64,000 bases of DNA, taken from Corallochytrium limacisporum Hawaii. Taxonomy: Eukaryota > Protista > Pluriformea. Of this stretch, positions 1 to 10,251 are shown piece after piece. Each line of letters starts with the position of its first letter. Position 1 is the stretch's first letter. The position numbers and the translations under genes are program-made. The stretch covers positions 62,001-126,000 of the forward strand of contig PDIP01000034.1 of assembly GCA_002811645.1 (NCBI GenBank), given 5' to 3'. A model generated the notes under the pieces. That model was given only the letters and a program-made list of their open reading frames with translations. It did no database searches and was not told the DNA's origin.

Positions 1-1046
1 GCCACCTCCCGCATAGAAATGGTGGCCACTAACCCTTGGTGCTCGAGCTCATCGAAGAGTTTGCTAACGCCGAGTCGAGTACTGCTCTCTGGCCCGGTGG
101 TCACACAAAAGATCAGCGGGAAGCGGGCTCGACGATGGTAGATGCGCAGACTATCATGGAATTCCTCGACTTGACTCCCACTGCGTGGGTTGTGCGGGAT
201 CTCTTCGACGAGGACGAGCTGGTTATTTCTACTGCGGTTGATCTGCGACGACTGGTCCATTCGGTTAGATGGTGTTTGCCCTGACTCAATGTTCAGCAGG
301 GGTGCAAACGATGCCGCACGCTTAATGAAGTCCCGGAAGGCTTGCAATGTACTCACATACTCCTCGCTGCCACCGATCTCCGAGGGCGGTTGGTAGTAGC
401 CTGCTGCACCACGCGCAGTATCTCTAAATTCGTTGATCGACAGTCCCAGATCCTTAACTACTGCCCGAACAGTAGTGGTCTTGCCAGAACCTGGTGGTCC
501 TTTCAGTGCAAGAATGCGGGGAAATTGCTTCTGTCCGTTGGCGATGGCCATTCGACTGTGATGGACCCACCCGGTGATCTCTTGGACTTTTCTTCTGTTG
601 ATCACAACGTCCCTGGTAGAATCCGGTCGGTAGGCATCGGTCCATTCCATTTGTTCTGATTCTTGCTCTGCTGTTGACTGCTCAGTTCCGGTCATCAGTT
701 GCTGTATCGCAGGATCAATGTACTGTGCAGAAGACTTGCCCTGCCGTAGCGGAGTCTCCACACCGATGCCTTCTGTCCGTAGGCTTGAACTGTCCTGTTT
801 GCACTTGGCTGGTGTTGGAGTAAAATCGTCAATAATGTCATCATCTAAGTCAATGAACTTTGTATGCCTACTCGAACTTTTTGTCGCCTTCTTCCGATCG
901 ACCCTCCGACTACTAGCAGCTGCTGTTGCAAGGCCTTTCCTACGCTTAGGTTGTGGTGGCTTCTCAGGGCTTTCGTCGGAATCAAGGTCCAGATCTAATG
1001 CCAAAGGCTTCTTAGCCTTACCTCGTGCTCTCAATTTTGGCGACAT
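1..1046 (-). CDS. RAD17: Checkpoint clamp loader RAD17/Rad24, 5' portion; continues beyond the window start
   Basis: Not in the ORF track; translated manually from ATG 1046: MSPKLRARGK...EWTDAYRPDSTRDVVINRRKVQEITGW...ILALKGPPGSGKTTTVRAVVKDLG (Walker A)...LVLVEEIPH (Rad17-type Walker B). No stop seen. Confidence 0.88.
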   Translation of the reverse strand, partial: MSPKLRARGKAKKPLALDLDLDSDESPEKPPQPKRRKGLATAAASSRRVDRKKATKSSSRHTKFIDLDDDIIDDFTPTPAKCKQDSSSLRTEGIGVETPLRQGKSSAQYIDPAIQQLMTGTEQSTAEQESEQMEWTDAYRPDSTRDVVINRRKVQEITGWVHHSRMAIANGQKQFPRILALKGPPGSGKTTTVRAVVKDLGLSINEFRDTARGAAGYYQPPSEIGGSEEYVSTLQAFRDFIKRAASFAPLLNIESGQTPSNRMDQSSQINRSRNNQLVLVEEIPHNPRSGSQVEEFHDSLRIYHRRARFPLIFCVTTGPESSTRLGVSKLFDELEHQGLVATISMREV

Positions 1047-1071
1047 TACTGCTGCCCTTTGATGGATCGCA

Positions 1072-1140
1072 CTATGTTACCATCGTGTCAGTCTACTCGG
1101 ATCAGGAAACTGTATCCAAAGTGAGAGATCCGCTTCTTAC
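1072..1140 (-). other. Candidate 5'-UTR intron of RAD17 (69 nt)
   Basis: Minus strand GAA|GTAAGA donor at 1140, GACTGAC branch motif at 1093-1087, CATAG acceptor at 1072, 25 nt before the ATG. Confidence 0.6.
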
Positions 1141-1781
1141 TTCAACATGTGCTTGTTGATTGTTGTGTGAAATCGATGGAGCAATACGCCCAAGAAGTAC
1201 CATGGTGCACTGAATAGTGCAGTAACAGGAATGCGAAATTGCAGGGGACCTGTTCGGCGCAGTCAACGATTTGTGTCATTATGGGATGCGCAAGCCTGGT
1301 CTGGGCTGTGTGTACCCCTCACCCCTACTTTCCGTCCCTCCGCACTGGCGGACGGCGATGCCACTAACCCCCCCCCCGGCCCGCGGCTTGTCGCGCCCAA
1401 TACCCCCCCACGGCGAGCAAGGGGAAACTGGGGCCACCCCAGCACCGATTCGTCCAGGAAGTGTTTTGATGAGACCCGCCTGTCTCCCCTCTGCGGTCTG
1501 AAGGTTGTCTGCTTGGTCACCGACCGAACCAACGGGGGTGATGTGAAGAAACTCGACATTGAAAGGTAAGGTGACTGTGATCAAAACAGGTACCTGTATC
1601 TCATTATTGAGGATCAGAGCTGTGAAATCAGGAAGAGTGGCTACTGCTTGGAGATATGCGAGCATGAATTTCAGATATGCGGAATCTTGTCAGCCACGAA
1701 GGCATTTATGATAGAATGATGTGTTCTTTAGAGGGATCTTGAGTAAGAGAGTATTGAGCAACCCTCAGATCTCGTTATAAC

Positions 1782-3389
1782 ATGGATGCTAGAGCCAAGG
1801 AAGCATCACTGCGAGCTCAAATCGAGGCTGAAGGTGTACATGTTATGGACAATGCGGAGGTGATTGAGCGTGATAAGAGCACCCAACAGGAGAAGGAAGG
1901 TTCTGCGCTGGAGAATGCCTGGACCCATCCTATCCGTATAGGACAGAAGAATGGCATGGTAAAGGCGGATCACACAGCACCTCCACCAGTATCAAGCGAT
2001 GGGTCACAGCCTGAGCAATCCCCGACTCGCAATGACCCACTAGATCCTGAGGGTTCATGGTCGGACACCGATCTGCCGGGGGAGATGACCGAGACGGAAC
2101 GGAAACTGACCCTTGAACAACTGGACCTGCACCCGGGCTCGAAGTTGCGGGTGATGGGCTGGAACATTGAATGGATGGCTCACTTTTTCAAGAGCGATCA
2201 ATCAGCAGAGTTTGCACAGAGCAACAAGAAAGTGGACATTGACGATGTCGGGGCGCTGTGTACAAGCATCAGCGGTGTAATCATGGACATTGACCCTGAC
2301 GTACTGGCAATCCAAGAGGGACCGCCACGTAGATACCAAATGGTTTCTTTCGTGAAGACGTTCTTGGGCAATGCCTTTGACGTATTCAGCGGAAAGAGGC
2401 CCGAGGTCGACATCCAGCAGCGCATGTACGTCCTCGTAAAGAAGGGAGGTATTGTTCGCAGCGCGAGCGTGGACCTGGACGCGGAAAAGTTCCTCAACCA
2501 ATCATGGGAATTTGACGTGGATCGTGATTTTATCTTGCAACCATACCATTTCACCCGGCAGCCTGTGGTAGTGCGTATTGAAGCTTACGATGCAACGTCA
2601 CGAAGGACCGTGCCTGTCGTCGTGCTCAGCATGCATACCAAGTCAAAGTACATTCACCGAGGACTGCATATGTGGCGGTCAGGTGACCGTGATCAGGTCA
2701 TGGAATATATTGAAAAAGCAGTGAAGAATCGCAGACGGATCGCGGCCGAGTGCTCCCGCATGCGTCGGTGTCTGGACGAGCTCTACTATACAAAGGATGG
2801 TGATGGTAGAGAGTCTGCTCCGAATATTGTTATTTGCGGTGATTTCAACGACGGTCCCGGTCTGGATTTCTTCGAGGAGCGGTACATTCTGCATGACAGC
2901 GTGGACGCTCTGCTGGGCAGTCCGTTCTATGCGAACAAACTACTGAGGGCGATCCTCATTCGGCACAAGTGGGTAAATCCGAAGCGACAGTACACAGTGG
3001 TGTTCAATGATTTCGTGGACGACGTTGAGGATCGCAAGGTACTCTGTGATCATATCATGTGCAGCGAGAGCATGAATCACACCATTGTCGGCGCAGATGT
3101 TGCACATGAGGCATGGCACCGGCACTGCATTCGGCCACCCAAGTCAGAGCCTAAGGAAGTTGCACGGTTCATGCGTCAATATCGGCCATCGGACCATAGG
3201 CCCGTTTACGCGGACTTTGACTTGGCCCGGCTTACCACCTTCCAACCGGAGACGACGCAACAGTGGCGGGTTGGCAGTAAACGGCGGCTGGCCAGCCATG
3301 GACAATTGTCGGTGGGACGTGAACGTCAGTCTGAAAAGGACCCGCCTCGGAGACAGAGGTCACCAAGGGCACGGTCGCCTCGACGGTAG
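1782..3389 (+). CDS. Endonuclease/exonuclease/phosphatase (EEP) domain protein, bacterial-like
   Basis: 535-aa ORF with EEP motifs WNIEW, DPDVLAIQE, HTKSK, GDFND, CDHI and SDHRPV; disordered N-terminus and RS-rich C-terminal tail. Confidence 0.85.
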   Translation: MDARAKEASLRAQIEAEGVHVMDNAEVIERDKSTQQEKEGSALENAWTHPIRIGQKNGMVKADHTAPPPVSSDGSQPEQSPTRNDPLDPEGSWSDTDLPGEMTETERKLTLEQLDLHPGSKLRVMGWNIEWMAHFFKSDQSAEFAQSNKKVDIDDVGALCTSISGVIMDIDPDVLAIQEGPPRRYQMVSFVKTFLGNAFDVFSGKRPEVDIQQRMYVLVKKGGIVRSASVDLDAEKFLNQSWEFDVDRDFILQPYHFTRQPVVVRIEAYDATSRRTVPVVVLSMHTKSKYIHRGLHMWRSGDRDQVMEYIEKAVKNRRRIAAECSRMRRCLDELYYTKDGDGRESAPNIVICGDFNDGPGLDFFEERYILHDSVDALLGSPFYANKLLRAILIRHKWVNPKRQYTVVFNDFVDDVEDRKVLCDHIMCSESMNHTIVGADVAHEAWHRHCIRPPKSEPKEVARFMRQYRPSDHRPVYADFDLARLTTFQPETTQQWRVGSKRRLASHGQLSVGRERQSEKDPPRRQRSPRARSPRR

Positions 3390-3560
3390 ACACAGTACAA
3401 AATTAGTAGCGTAAACAAGTTCAAGGAGTTCATGCAACGAAGTCCACTATTTTAGTGTATTTCTTACTGTACAATCGATCTGCAAAATATGTGTGTTCAT
3501 TTCCATTGCCTATGCTGCTTTGACATTCAAACGAACGAAGCGACTTCGCGTGATTGGATA

Positions 3561-5825
3561 CTAGTCCTCTTCACCCCCGCCTTCCATCATTTTTGCGAAG
3601 TCTTCATCATCCTCTTCGTCATCATCATCGTCCTCATCCACATCGTATTCGTCGTCCCCATCCTCTTCGTCCTCATCTTCGTCTGCTTCCAGACGTCTCC
3701 GCTTCCCACTGGGGCCACCATGGTCGTCATCATCCCCTTCGACCATGGCGCTCTCGTCGTCATCATCGTCATCGTCATCTGGATCAATCTCGGATTCGTC
3801 CAGGTTTTCCAAGTACGCGGCAATGTCGTCCTCTTCTTCCATTTCACCACCGTCAACAGCTCGGCGCCGTTCCTCTTGCGCCGAAAGCCGGCGCTTGACG
3901 GTCTCTTCGTACGCAGGGATGGTGTCTGGGCGGTATTTAGTTTCCTTTACCCGCTTCCAAATCTTCACACTGTCTAACAGCCACTCTTTGTAGACAACGT
4001 GCAATCCGTTGTCAATAGCTTTCTGTACCTTGGACATGCCGGTCAAGTCCGGTCCTGCCTTACTTAGGGCAGTGCGACTAGCAATGACGTGTGTGACCCA
4101 GGGCTCCATACTCTCTGTGACCTCTGCGCCAAACTTGCGGGCTAGCACTACGAGCTCATGCTTGTCAAAGTTTCCGCGATCCATGTAATCTTTTGGAATA
4201 ACCCCAGTCTCAAATGTGATCTGGCAACCATCCAAAGTGGCCTTGCACAGATCCTTCATTATCTGGGCAACCAGCGGTACCTCTTCACCATTGCTGTCGT
4301 CAAACTGGGCGTAGAATTCGTGGTGGATGTCAGAGAGAATACGAGAGTACTGGGGGAGCCAGCGATCCTTGTCTTCAGGAATGACAAGCTCTGAGTGCTC
4401 CTCCACAATTTCCACCAGCATTTCATTCAGCATAGCCCGTGCCCGTTCCTTTGGCAGCAAAGGTCGCGCATCAGTGAGAGCAACGATGGCCTGGTCGTAC
4501 TTGTGCTTCAACAGCTTTTCTTTGATAACTCCGTAGAGCTTTGGATTGAGTTCCTTGCGCGCGAGTATCTGTTTCTTTGGACTGTCAACAACACCGCTGT
4601 CAGAGGACGCTGGAGAGCCGTCCGTGCCACCTTCCTCTACAGGGGCATTGCTGCCGTTCTCCGCAGCTGGGGCACTGGTTGTGTAATCCTCGTCCAGTTC
4701 ACCGTCGCTGTCGGGCCAGTCGTTGAAAGCTTCTATTGCACCTTTGAGCTTGCCCCGCATGCCCTCCAACACTGTAGCATCATTAACCTCCGATGCAACA
4801 GCCCTGCTTTCCATCTTTACTTCTTGGTGTTGCTGTGATGCGGCCATCATGGCTTCGCGACTATTCGGTGGTGCGTTTACATCGCCGACCCCGATAAAGT
4901 ATGCGTACTTTACGACCTGCACAAGATTGTCAATCTTACGCCACACGTCGTCGCGGTCATCCAGAATTACGCACATTTCAATGCCCGCCGGAAACAGCCT
5001 AATCAATTCCATGCTCTTCAGGGTGTTATTGCCTTCAGTTAGCTCACTCCGTGTCAGCACTCGGTCACCAAAGAAGTTTTTGTCAGGATCTATGATTGGT
5101 AGAATCGCATTTGCGTACGGCCGTGATCCGAATGTAAAGACGTGCAGTTCAAACAGTTCCGCCATCGTCTTCAGGAACTCAGTAAAATGTGGGCGGAACT
5201 TGATGTAGTGCGGACGCTGTCCGAAATTGATACAGTGGATCCGCTCCTCTACACTGAGCTTTTTGTCCTTCTCTCCGGCCTCGACCCATTCTTGAACACG
5301 CTCATCAACGGTGGCGTGCAGAACTGTCTGGTCCAAGTCGACTACGAGGACTAATTTTCGACTTTCCAGTAAACGCTCCCGATCTTTGACGGCTTGGGTC
5401 TGGGCTACAGTCTTGGATACCTTCATAGCGGGTTCAGTGTGGACAACGCTGAGAAATTCAGGGCGCTGGCCCAGGCTACCCCTGAGTTTTGTCGATTCCG
5501 CCTTCAGATCCGCACCACAGATCACGCAGAGGTCATTGTATGTCTCTTCATGTCTACAGGCTGGCCTGACTTTGACCAAGTCCTGTCCCGGCTCTACCGA
5601 ATCACTTCTGCTCACCAGGATCTCTTCTAATGTGCCTGCAAAAGGGGCCGTAATTTTCCGCAAGTACGCATTGTCTCCCTTTCGGAATTCGTAGTCCAGC
5701 AGAACGTGGCCCTCATAAAATTCTTCACCAGCACTGAGGCGGTTATTGACCTTGATTGTACCTTCGTCAGCGGTCTGAAGCTCCTCCGTTTCGGGAAGCT
5801 TTATTGTTTCTACTTCTAATGACAT
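3561..5825 (-). CDS. CTDP1: RNA polymerase II CTD phosphatase FCP1
   Basis: N-terminal lipoyl-like region, CVICG knuckle, LVLVVDLDQTVLH (DxDxT), ILDDRDDVW, BRCT-like region (VTHVIA...WLLDSVKIW) and acidic tail. Confidence 0.95.
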   Translation of the reverse strand: MSLEVETIKLPETEELQTADEGTIKVNNRLSAGEEFYEGHVLLDYEFRKGDNAYLRKITAPFAGTLEEILVSRSDSVEPGQDLVKVRPACRHEETYNDLCVICGADLKAESTKLRGSLGQRPEFLSVVHTEPAMKVSKTVAQTQAVKDRERLLESRKLVLVVDLDQTVLHATVDERVQEWVEAGEKDKKLSVEERIHCINFGQRPHYIKFRPHFTEFLKTMAELFELHVFTFGSRPYANAILPIIDPDKNFFGDRVLTRSELTEGNNTLKSMELIRLFPAGIEMCVILDDRDDVWRKIDNLVQVVKYAYFIGVGDVNAPPNSREAMMAASQQHQEVKMESRAVASEVNDATVLEGMRGKLKGAIEAFNDWPDSDGELDEDYTTSAPAAENGSNAPVEEGGTDGSPASSDSGVVDSPKKQILARKELNPKLYGVIKEKLLKHKYDQAIVALTDARPLLPKERARAMLNEMLVEIVEEHSELVIPEDKDRWLPQYSRILSDIHHEFYAQFDDSNGEEVPLVAQIMKDLCKATLDGCQITFETGVIPKDYMDRGNFDKHELVVLARKFGAEVTESMEPWVTHVIASRTALSKAGPDLTGMSKVQKAIDNGLHVVYKEWLLDSVKIWKRVKETKYRPDTIPAYEETVKRRLSAQEERRRAVDGGEMEEEDDIAAYLENLDESEIDPDDDDDDDDESAMVEGDDDDHGGPSGKRRRLEADEDEDEEDGDDEYDVDEDDDDDEEDDEDFAKMMEGGGEED

Positions 5826-6396
5826 GTTCCTCTTTGTTTATCCAAATTACAACATGATCATGACATGTTCAGGGTGGTCGTGTTATACTTTTATCACTCA
5901 ACTTCATTATTGTGCTTTTTATGAGAAGCCTCAATGACTAATTACAAGTACGCACCACAACCAAATGGTGAACTCTCTCACACAACGATAGATCTCGAAC
6001 CGTCCACACCCCCATCTCTATTCCTATCGAATACCATTGTTTAAGTACCTGCACGGGCACACCCGCCTCACCCCTCTCCCGCTGGCCCTTGAACCGGCTG
6101 GCGAAGCCGGCGGTTTGGCACCTTTGCCTGCGACACCGACCGGACGCAATCTGTTACCCTCTGTTATCGGTGTGCGCTCCCCCGTACGCTCTCTGAGCAC
6201 CACCGGCGATCTCGAACCCCTTGACAATTTACCCCTAAGGGGGGTGAATAAGCACACACTCACACTCGCACAACCCGGGAAAGGGTGTGACGAGATGAGG
6301 CAAAAAAAATTGGCGGGAGAAAAGAACGAGAGAAAGCAGGGGGGAGGGAGGCGCGGGTTCCCATTTATTTGGCGCCTGGCACCACCCCTTTCTTTA

Positions 6397-6467
6397 TCCG
6401 GAATTCCCCCACTTCTCCCAAGGATAGACGGGAGAAGTGGCAAGGTTCCGTAGGGAATATTTCCGGA
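6397..6467. repeat. Imperfect inverted repeat (hairpin) between MCM4 3' end and FCP1 start
   Basis: CCACTTCTCCC (6409-6419) and GGGAGAAGTGG (6430-6440) form a perfect 11-bp stem; outer TCCGGAATTCCC pairs with GGGAA..TTCCGGA. Confidence 0.6.
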
Positions 6468-6689
6468 CAGGGAGGCTACGGGAGGCAAAGGGGGGGCCAA
6501 GTGTCTTGGGCGGCGGGCAAAGCGACTGTTGCAGGTGTGTGACCGTGCGCTGTGCATGCCACCCAATCGGCAGAGGCATGATAATGTGTATAGGGTTGAT
6601 GCGGGGTGAAATCTAATGCATGCTTCTGTCCACTCATAGTATAGAATCGGTTGGGAACGGCTTTTTAGTTTAATTCTATGTTGGGTTTT

Positions 6690-9338
6690 CTATACCGCAA
6701 CGGCATAGGTCTCCTGGCCCTCGGAAATAACGCGAATGGCATTGTCCTCGTAAAGATCGTGGAGCACAGTGATGACCTCATCGCGGAGCACGCGTGGTTG
6801 GTCACCCTGACGGAACCATCCATCCATCAATGACCTCACGCTGAAGCGCTGTCCCTTGCGGTCATTCAGTTGCTCGCGAATCCAGCTCTTGAGCTTGTCC
6901 TTGACTTCCCCAAACTTGGAGCGGGTACCGGAGGTCAGTAGACCCATATCAACTTGACCAGTAGTGGGATCAGTGGCGGCGGACAGTAAGGCACTCTCCA
7001 CGAGCTGAATGGCACGGCTGACATCAGCAGCATCCACGGTACGGCTCAGGCGCATCTTGGCGCATGCCTCAGAGATACGAATCAGTGACTCGAGCTGCCG
7101 GAGGGTAGCAGTTACTGTGCCAGTGTTGGCTCCGGCACGGCGCATCTCGACGTAACCGTCCACGAGAGCGTCGGAGGCCTCGTTGGTGAGCTTGGGTCGG
7201 CAGGTGGCACGGGCAAAGGCAATATAGTCAGCCAGGAATTTGTGGTCCACGATTTGGCCATTGGCAGTGCGAACAGCGTTGCGATCCTCATCACCGTAGT
7301 ATAGACTGATAATATGATTAGCCAAGCGGGTGTCGTTGCGCTCACTGATGGTGTCAATGACCAAGTAGATGAGATCAAAACGGGATACCAGCGTGGGTGG
7401 GAGTTGAATGTTTTCCATGATACTCTTCGTTGGATCCCACTTGGAGTCAGTGGGATTCGCCGCCGCCAGAATGGACGTGCGGGCATTGAGCATGCAAATG
7501 ATCCCGGCCTTGGCGATAGAAATGGTCTGCTGTTCCATAGCTTCGTGGAGGATAGCACGAGTGGCATCATTCATCTTGTCAAACTCATCAATGCAACACA
7601 CACCTCCGTCAGACAAAACGAGAGCACCACTCTCCAGCACGAGCTCGTTGGAATCAGGATCGCGTGTGACGTAGGCAGTTAGACCGACACTGCTGGATCC
7701 CTTGCCCGAAGTATAGATACCGCGGGGTGCAACCTTGTGTACATAGCGGAGCAGCTGGGATTTGGAAGTACCCGGGTCACCACACATGAGAATGTTGATG
7801 TCGCCACGGCACTTACCACGGCCGCTGCGAGCGAAGCTCTTGTTTGTACCACCAAACAACTGGCATAGCAAGCCGAGCTTGATCTCCTCCATCTCCCAAA
7901 TACTGGGGGCGAACCCCTTGATGAGCTTGCTAACGACGTCCGGGTCCTGACTAAACTCGCGGAAAGCAGCTACACGGCGGCGGACCTCTGTCTTGTCTAA
8001 AGTCTGAGCACCCTCTTCGCCATTGGACGCCATAGCAGCCACGGCGGCCTCGGCGGCCTCAGCAGCCTCGCTTTCGCTAACCTCCTCATTGTCGGCTTCC
8101 AGGCCGAAGTCATTGGCACTGTGTGTGGCAGCATTGCACACCTTCATATGAACGGTGTCTAGGTGGGTGCGGAACACAGAGCGCACGGCACGTTGGCGGT
8201 TGGTGATGCGCACAGAAGACGCAGTGAAGATACCAGTCACTTCCACTCGGTCACCTGGTAGACAGGAGTCCACCAATTCATCGTAGGTGTACAGCTGGAC
8301 TGTGTGGGGAGTCTGTCCCTCGGGAATGTGTTCCGGGGTCTCCTGTAGCTTGATCAGCTGTTTATCCTTAAATTCGCCCCGGTTGTGCACAATGGCCATG
8401 GAGCGCTGGGACTGGCAGTTGTCGCAGACCTCAGGTTCCCGAATATTGCCGGCTTCGTTGGCCACGACAACTTCATATTGACAGTTCTCGCATTTGTACA
8501 GTGCACTGCTCAAGTCAGGGATCACGCTAGAGCAACGGATGACAATACCCTTGATGGTAACCAGAGTATTGATATCCTGAGGGTCCAACTCACGCATGTT
8601 CTTAATGTCACCAGCATTGTAAGGGCGCACTTGCACGACGTAATCAAGGCTATCCGCAGTGATTGGCCCGTCGGCGCTGTATTCCTCGCTAGCAAGGCGG
8701 CAGTACTCCTCGGTTACGGCGTCATCAAACATGGGTACAACTTCCTGAGGATAGTTCAGCAACTGACGGTACAGCGTGGCGTCACAGCGCTTCAGGATGC
8801 TCAGGTCAAGGTCATAGCGCTGGAGTTTCAGCTCGGCAGCGCGGCGTAGAGATTCTGTGAAAATGGGTTCGCCCGTCTCCGGATCCAGCATCTGAATAAA
8901 TGTCTTGATGCTGCGCATGACCCGGTCTGTATCGACTGACGTACCCCAGATGAGACGCTGACCATCACCCTGCTCCTCATTGCCCATAGCGCCGGGACCA
9001 TCACTGGTGGGTGCAGCGCTGGGCAAACTGGGAGGCTGACTATTCGCAAGATCACTGGTGAGGTGTTGTGCGCTACTCGTAGACATGCCAGGGGTCCGCA
9101 TGTAGCGGAGGCGATTGGCGGAGCCAGCCAAGTTGCGCCTGATGCTGCGACGAGCACTGCTACCCGGAGTGCGCGTCATCCGGGCACTACTGGGAGCGGA
9201 AGGCACGCCGTATGTGATGGGGTCACTGCTGGGGGGTACACTACCTGTGTTGGGAGCGTTCCGAGCAGCTGCATTCTGAACCGGTGTGAAAGGACTCGAC
9301 GGAGCCGCCGACTGACTGTTTGTATTATCAGAATTCAT
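6690..9338 (-). CDS. MCM4: DNA replication licensing factor MCM4
   Basis: S/P-rich N-terminus, LIWGT, YPQEVVPMFD, zinc finger, LQETPEHIPEGQTPH, GDPGTSKSQLL, IDEFDKM and SRFDL; the LCQLFGG and GQTPH signatures are MCM4-specific. Confidence 0.97.
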   Translation of the reverse strand: MNSDNTNSQSAAPSSPFTPVQNAAARNAPNTGSVPPSSDPITYGVPSAPSSARMTRTPGSSARRSIRRNLAGSANRLRYMRTPGMSTSSAQHLTSDLANSQPPSLPSAAPTSDGPGAMGNEEQGDGQRLIWGTSVDTDRVMRSIKTFIQMLDPETGEPIFTESLRRAAELKLQRYDLDLSILKRCDATLYRQLLNYPQEVVPMFDDAVTEEYCRLASEEYSADGPITADSLDYVVQVRPYNAGDIKNMRELDPQDINTLVTIKGIVIRCSSVIPDLSSALYKCENCQYEVVVANEAGNIREPEVCDNCQSQRSMAIVHNRGEFKDKQLIKLQETPEHIPEGQTPHTVQLYTYDELVDSCLPGDRVEVTGIFTASSVRITNRQRAVRSVFRTHLDTVHMKVCNAATHSANDFGLEADNEEVSESEAAEAAEAAVAAMASNGEEGAQTLDKTEVRRRVAAFREFSQDPDVVSKLIKGFAPSIWEMEEIKLGLLCQLFGGTNKSFARSGRGKCRGDINILMCGDPGTSKSQLLRYVHKVAPRGIYTSGKGSSSVGLTAYVTRDPDSNELVLESGALVLSDGGVCCIDEFDKMNDATRAILHEAMEQQTISIAKAGIICMLNARTSILAAANPTDSKWDPTKSIMENIQLPPTLVSRFDLIYLVIDTISERNDTRLANHIISLYYGDEDRNAVRTANGQIVDHKFLADYIAFARATCRPKLTNEASDALVDGYVEMRRAGANTGTVTATLRQLESLIRISEACAKMRLSRTVDAADVSRAIQLVESALLSAATDPTTGQVDMGLLTSGTRSKFGEVKDKLKSWIREQLNDRKGQRFSVRSLMDGWFRQGDQPRVLRDEVITVLHDLYEDNAIRVISEGQETYAVAV

Positions 9339-9603
9339 TTTTTGTGTTTTTGATCTCTGCGGAAGTCCCGGAACCCCTTGTTCGCTACTTCGCGCTAGTT
9401 GAGAATTTGGTTATATGGGTTATGCAAGCGATCAAAATACCTCGACATGAAGTACTCAGATACCTTCACGTGTTCCGAGAACAGTTGTGTCTCAAGCTTT
9501 CTCACTGTCCTAGAGTCCCCATAGCATGCAAACCTCTCTATAGGAACAAGACTGTACGAACGGCGAAGACGAGAGTCTTGCTCTCTCTCTCTAAACATGC
9601 CAA

Positions 9604-9821
9604 TTTGAAAGAACCAAAACTTTTCGCGCGCTGTAACGGGGTATTTTAACTGGTATCTTCACTATGGAACAAGAAAGCAGAGGGTGGAGGGGGGAATGGA
9701 TTGTGACCGCACGGAGTGAACCAAAGGGCGGCGGTGAAGAGGGAGGGGCTGGGGTTCACCCAAAAGCAAGATAGCGAGAAAAGAGGGAGAAAGGGATAAA
9801 TTAGCAATAAACTTTTCGCGC
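9604..9821. promoter_or_regulatory. Bidirectional MCM4/HAD promoter with two TTTTCGCGC E2F-type sites and a TTTGAA CHR-like element
   Basis: TTTTCGCGC at 9621-9629 and 9813-9821; TTTGAA at 9604-9609. MCM genes are canonical E2F targets. Confidence 0.5.
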
Positions 9822-10251
9822 TCAAATGAGGACGGGGTTTGTAAATAGGCCCCGATTGTGTTCACTCTTTTTGCTCATCTACTTACTCCTTTCGACCCGC
9901 TCTCAAAAGGTTGAGCAGCTGGCTTCACTTCTTCCGGTCGCGAGGTGAGCCAATTGGAAGCGCAGGGAGGTGGCGGGTCACTCAACATCCACTACAAAAC
10001 ATAGTGGTAGGTCAAAACTAGCACCACTGCACCGTTGGCCCGGCAAACGTTTGGAATTTGGGGGGACGGCTGGCAAACTGATTGCGATCGGCTTGAGGGC
10101 CGGGAGCTGGTAGGGAGGCTCAGGTCAGCAGAGGCAGCCATGTGTAGGGCTGGTTAGGTACATGACGGCTAGTAGCACTCCACTCTCAAGATAACTCCAT
10201 GTGGTAGGCCTCAAGGATTCGACGTCTTCACTATTTGTCGACAGTGGAGCG

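Noticed and set aside
3489-3977. Hydrophobic and His-rich plus-strand ORFs, and similar antisense ORFs over MCM4, the kinase and CPT1
   Set aside because: They are shadow frames of real genes on the opposite strand.
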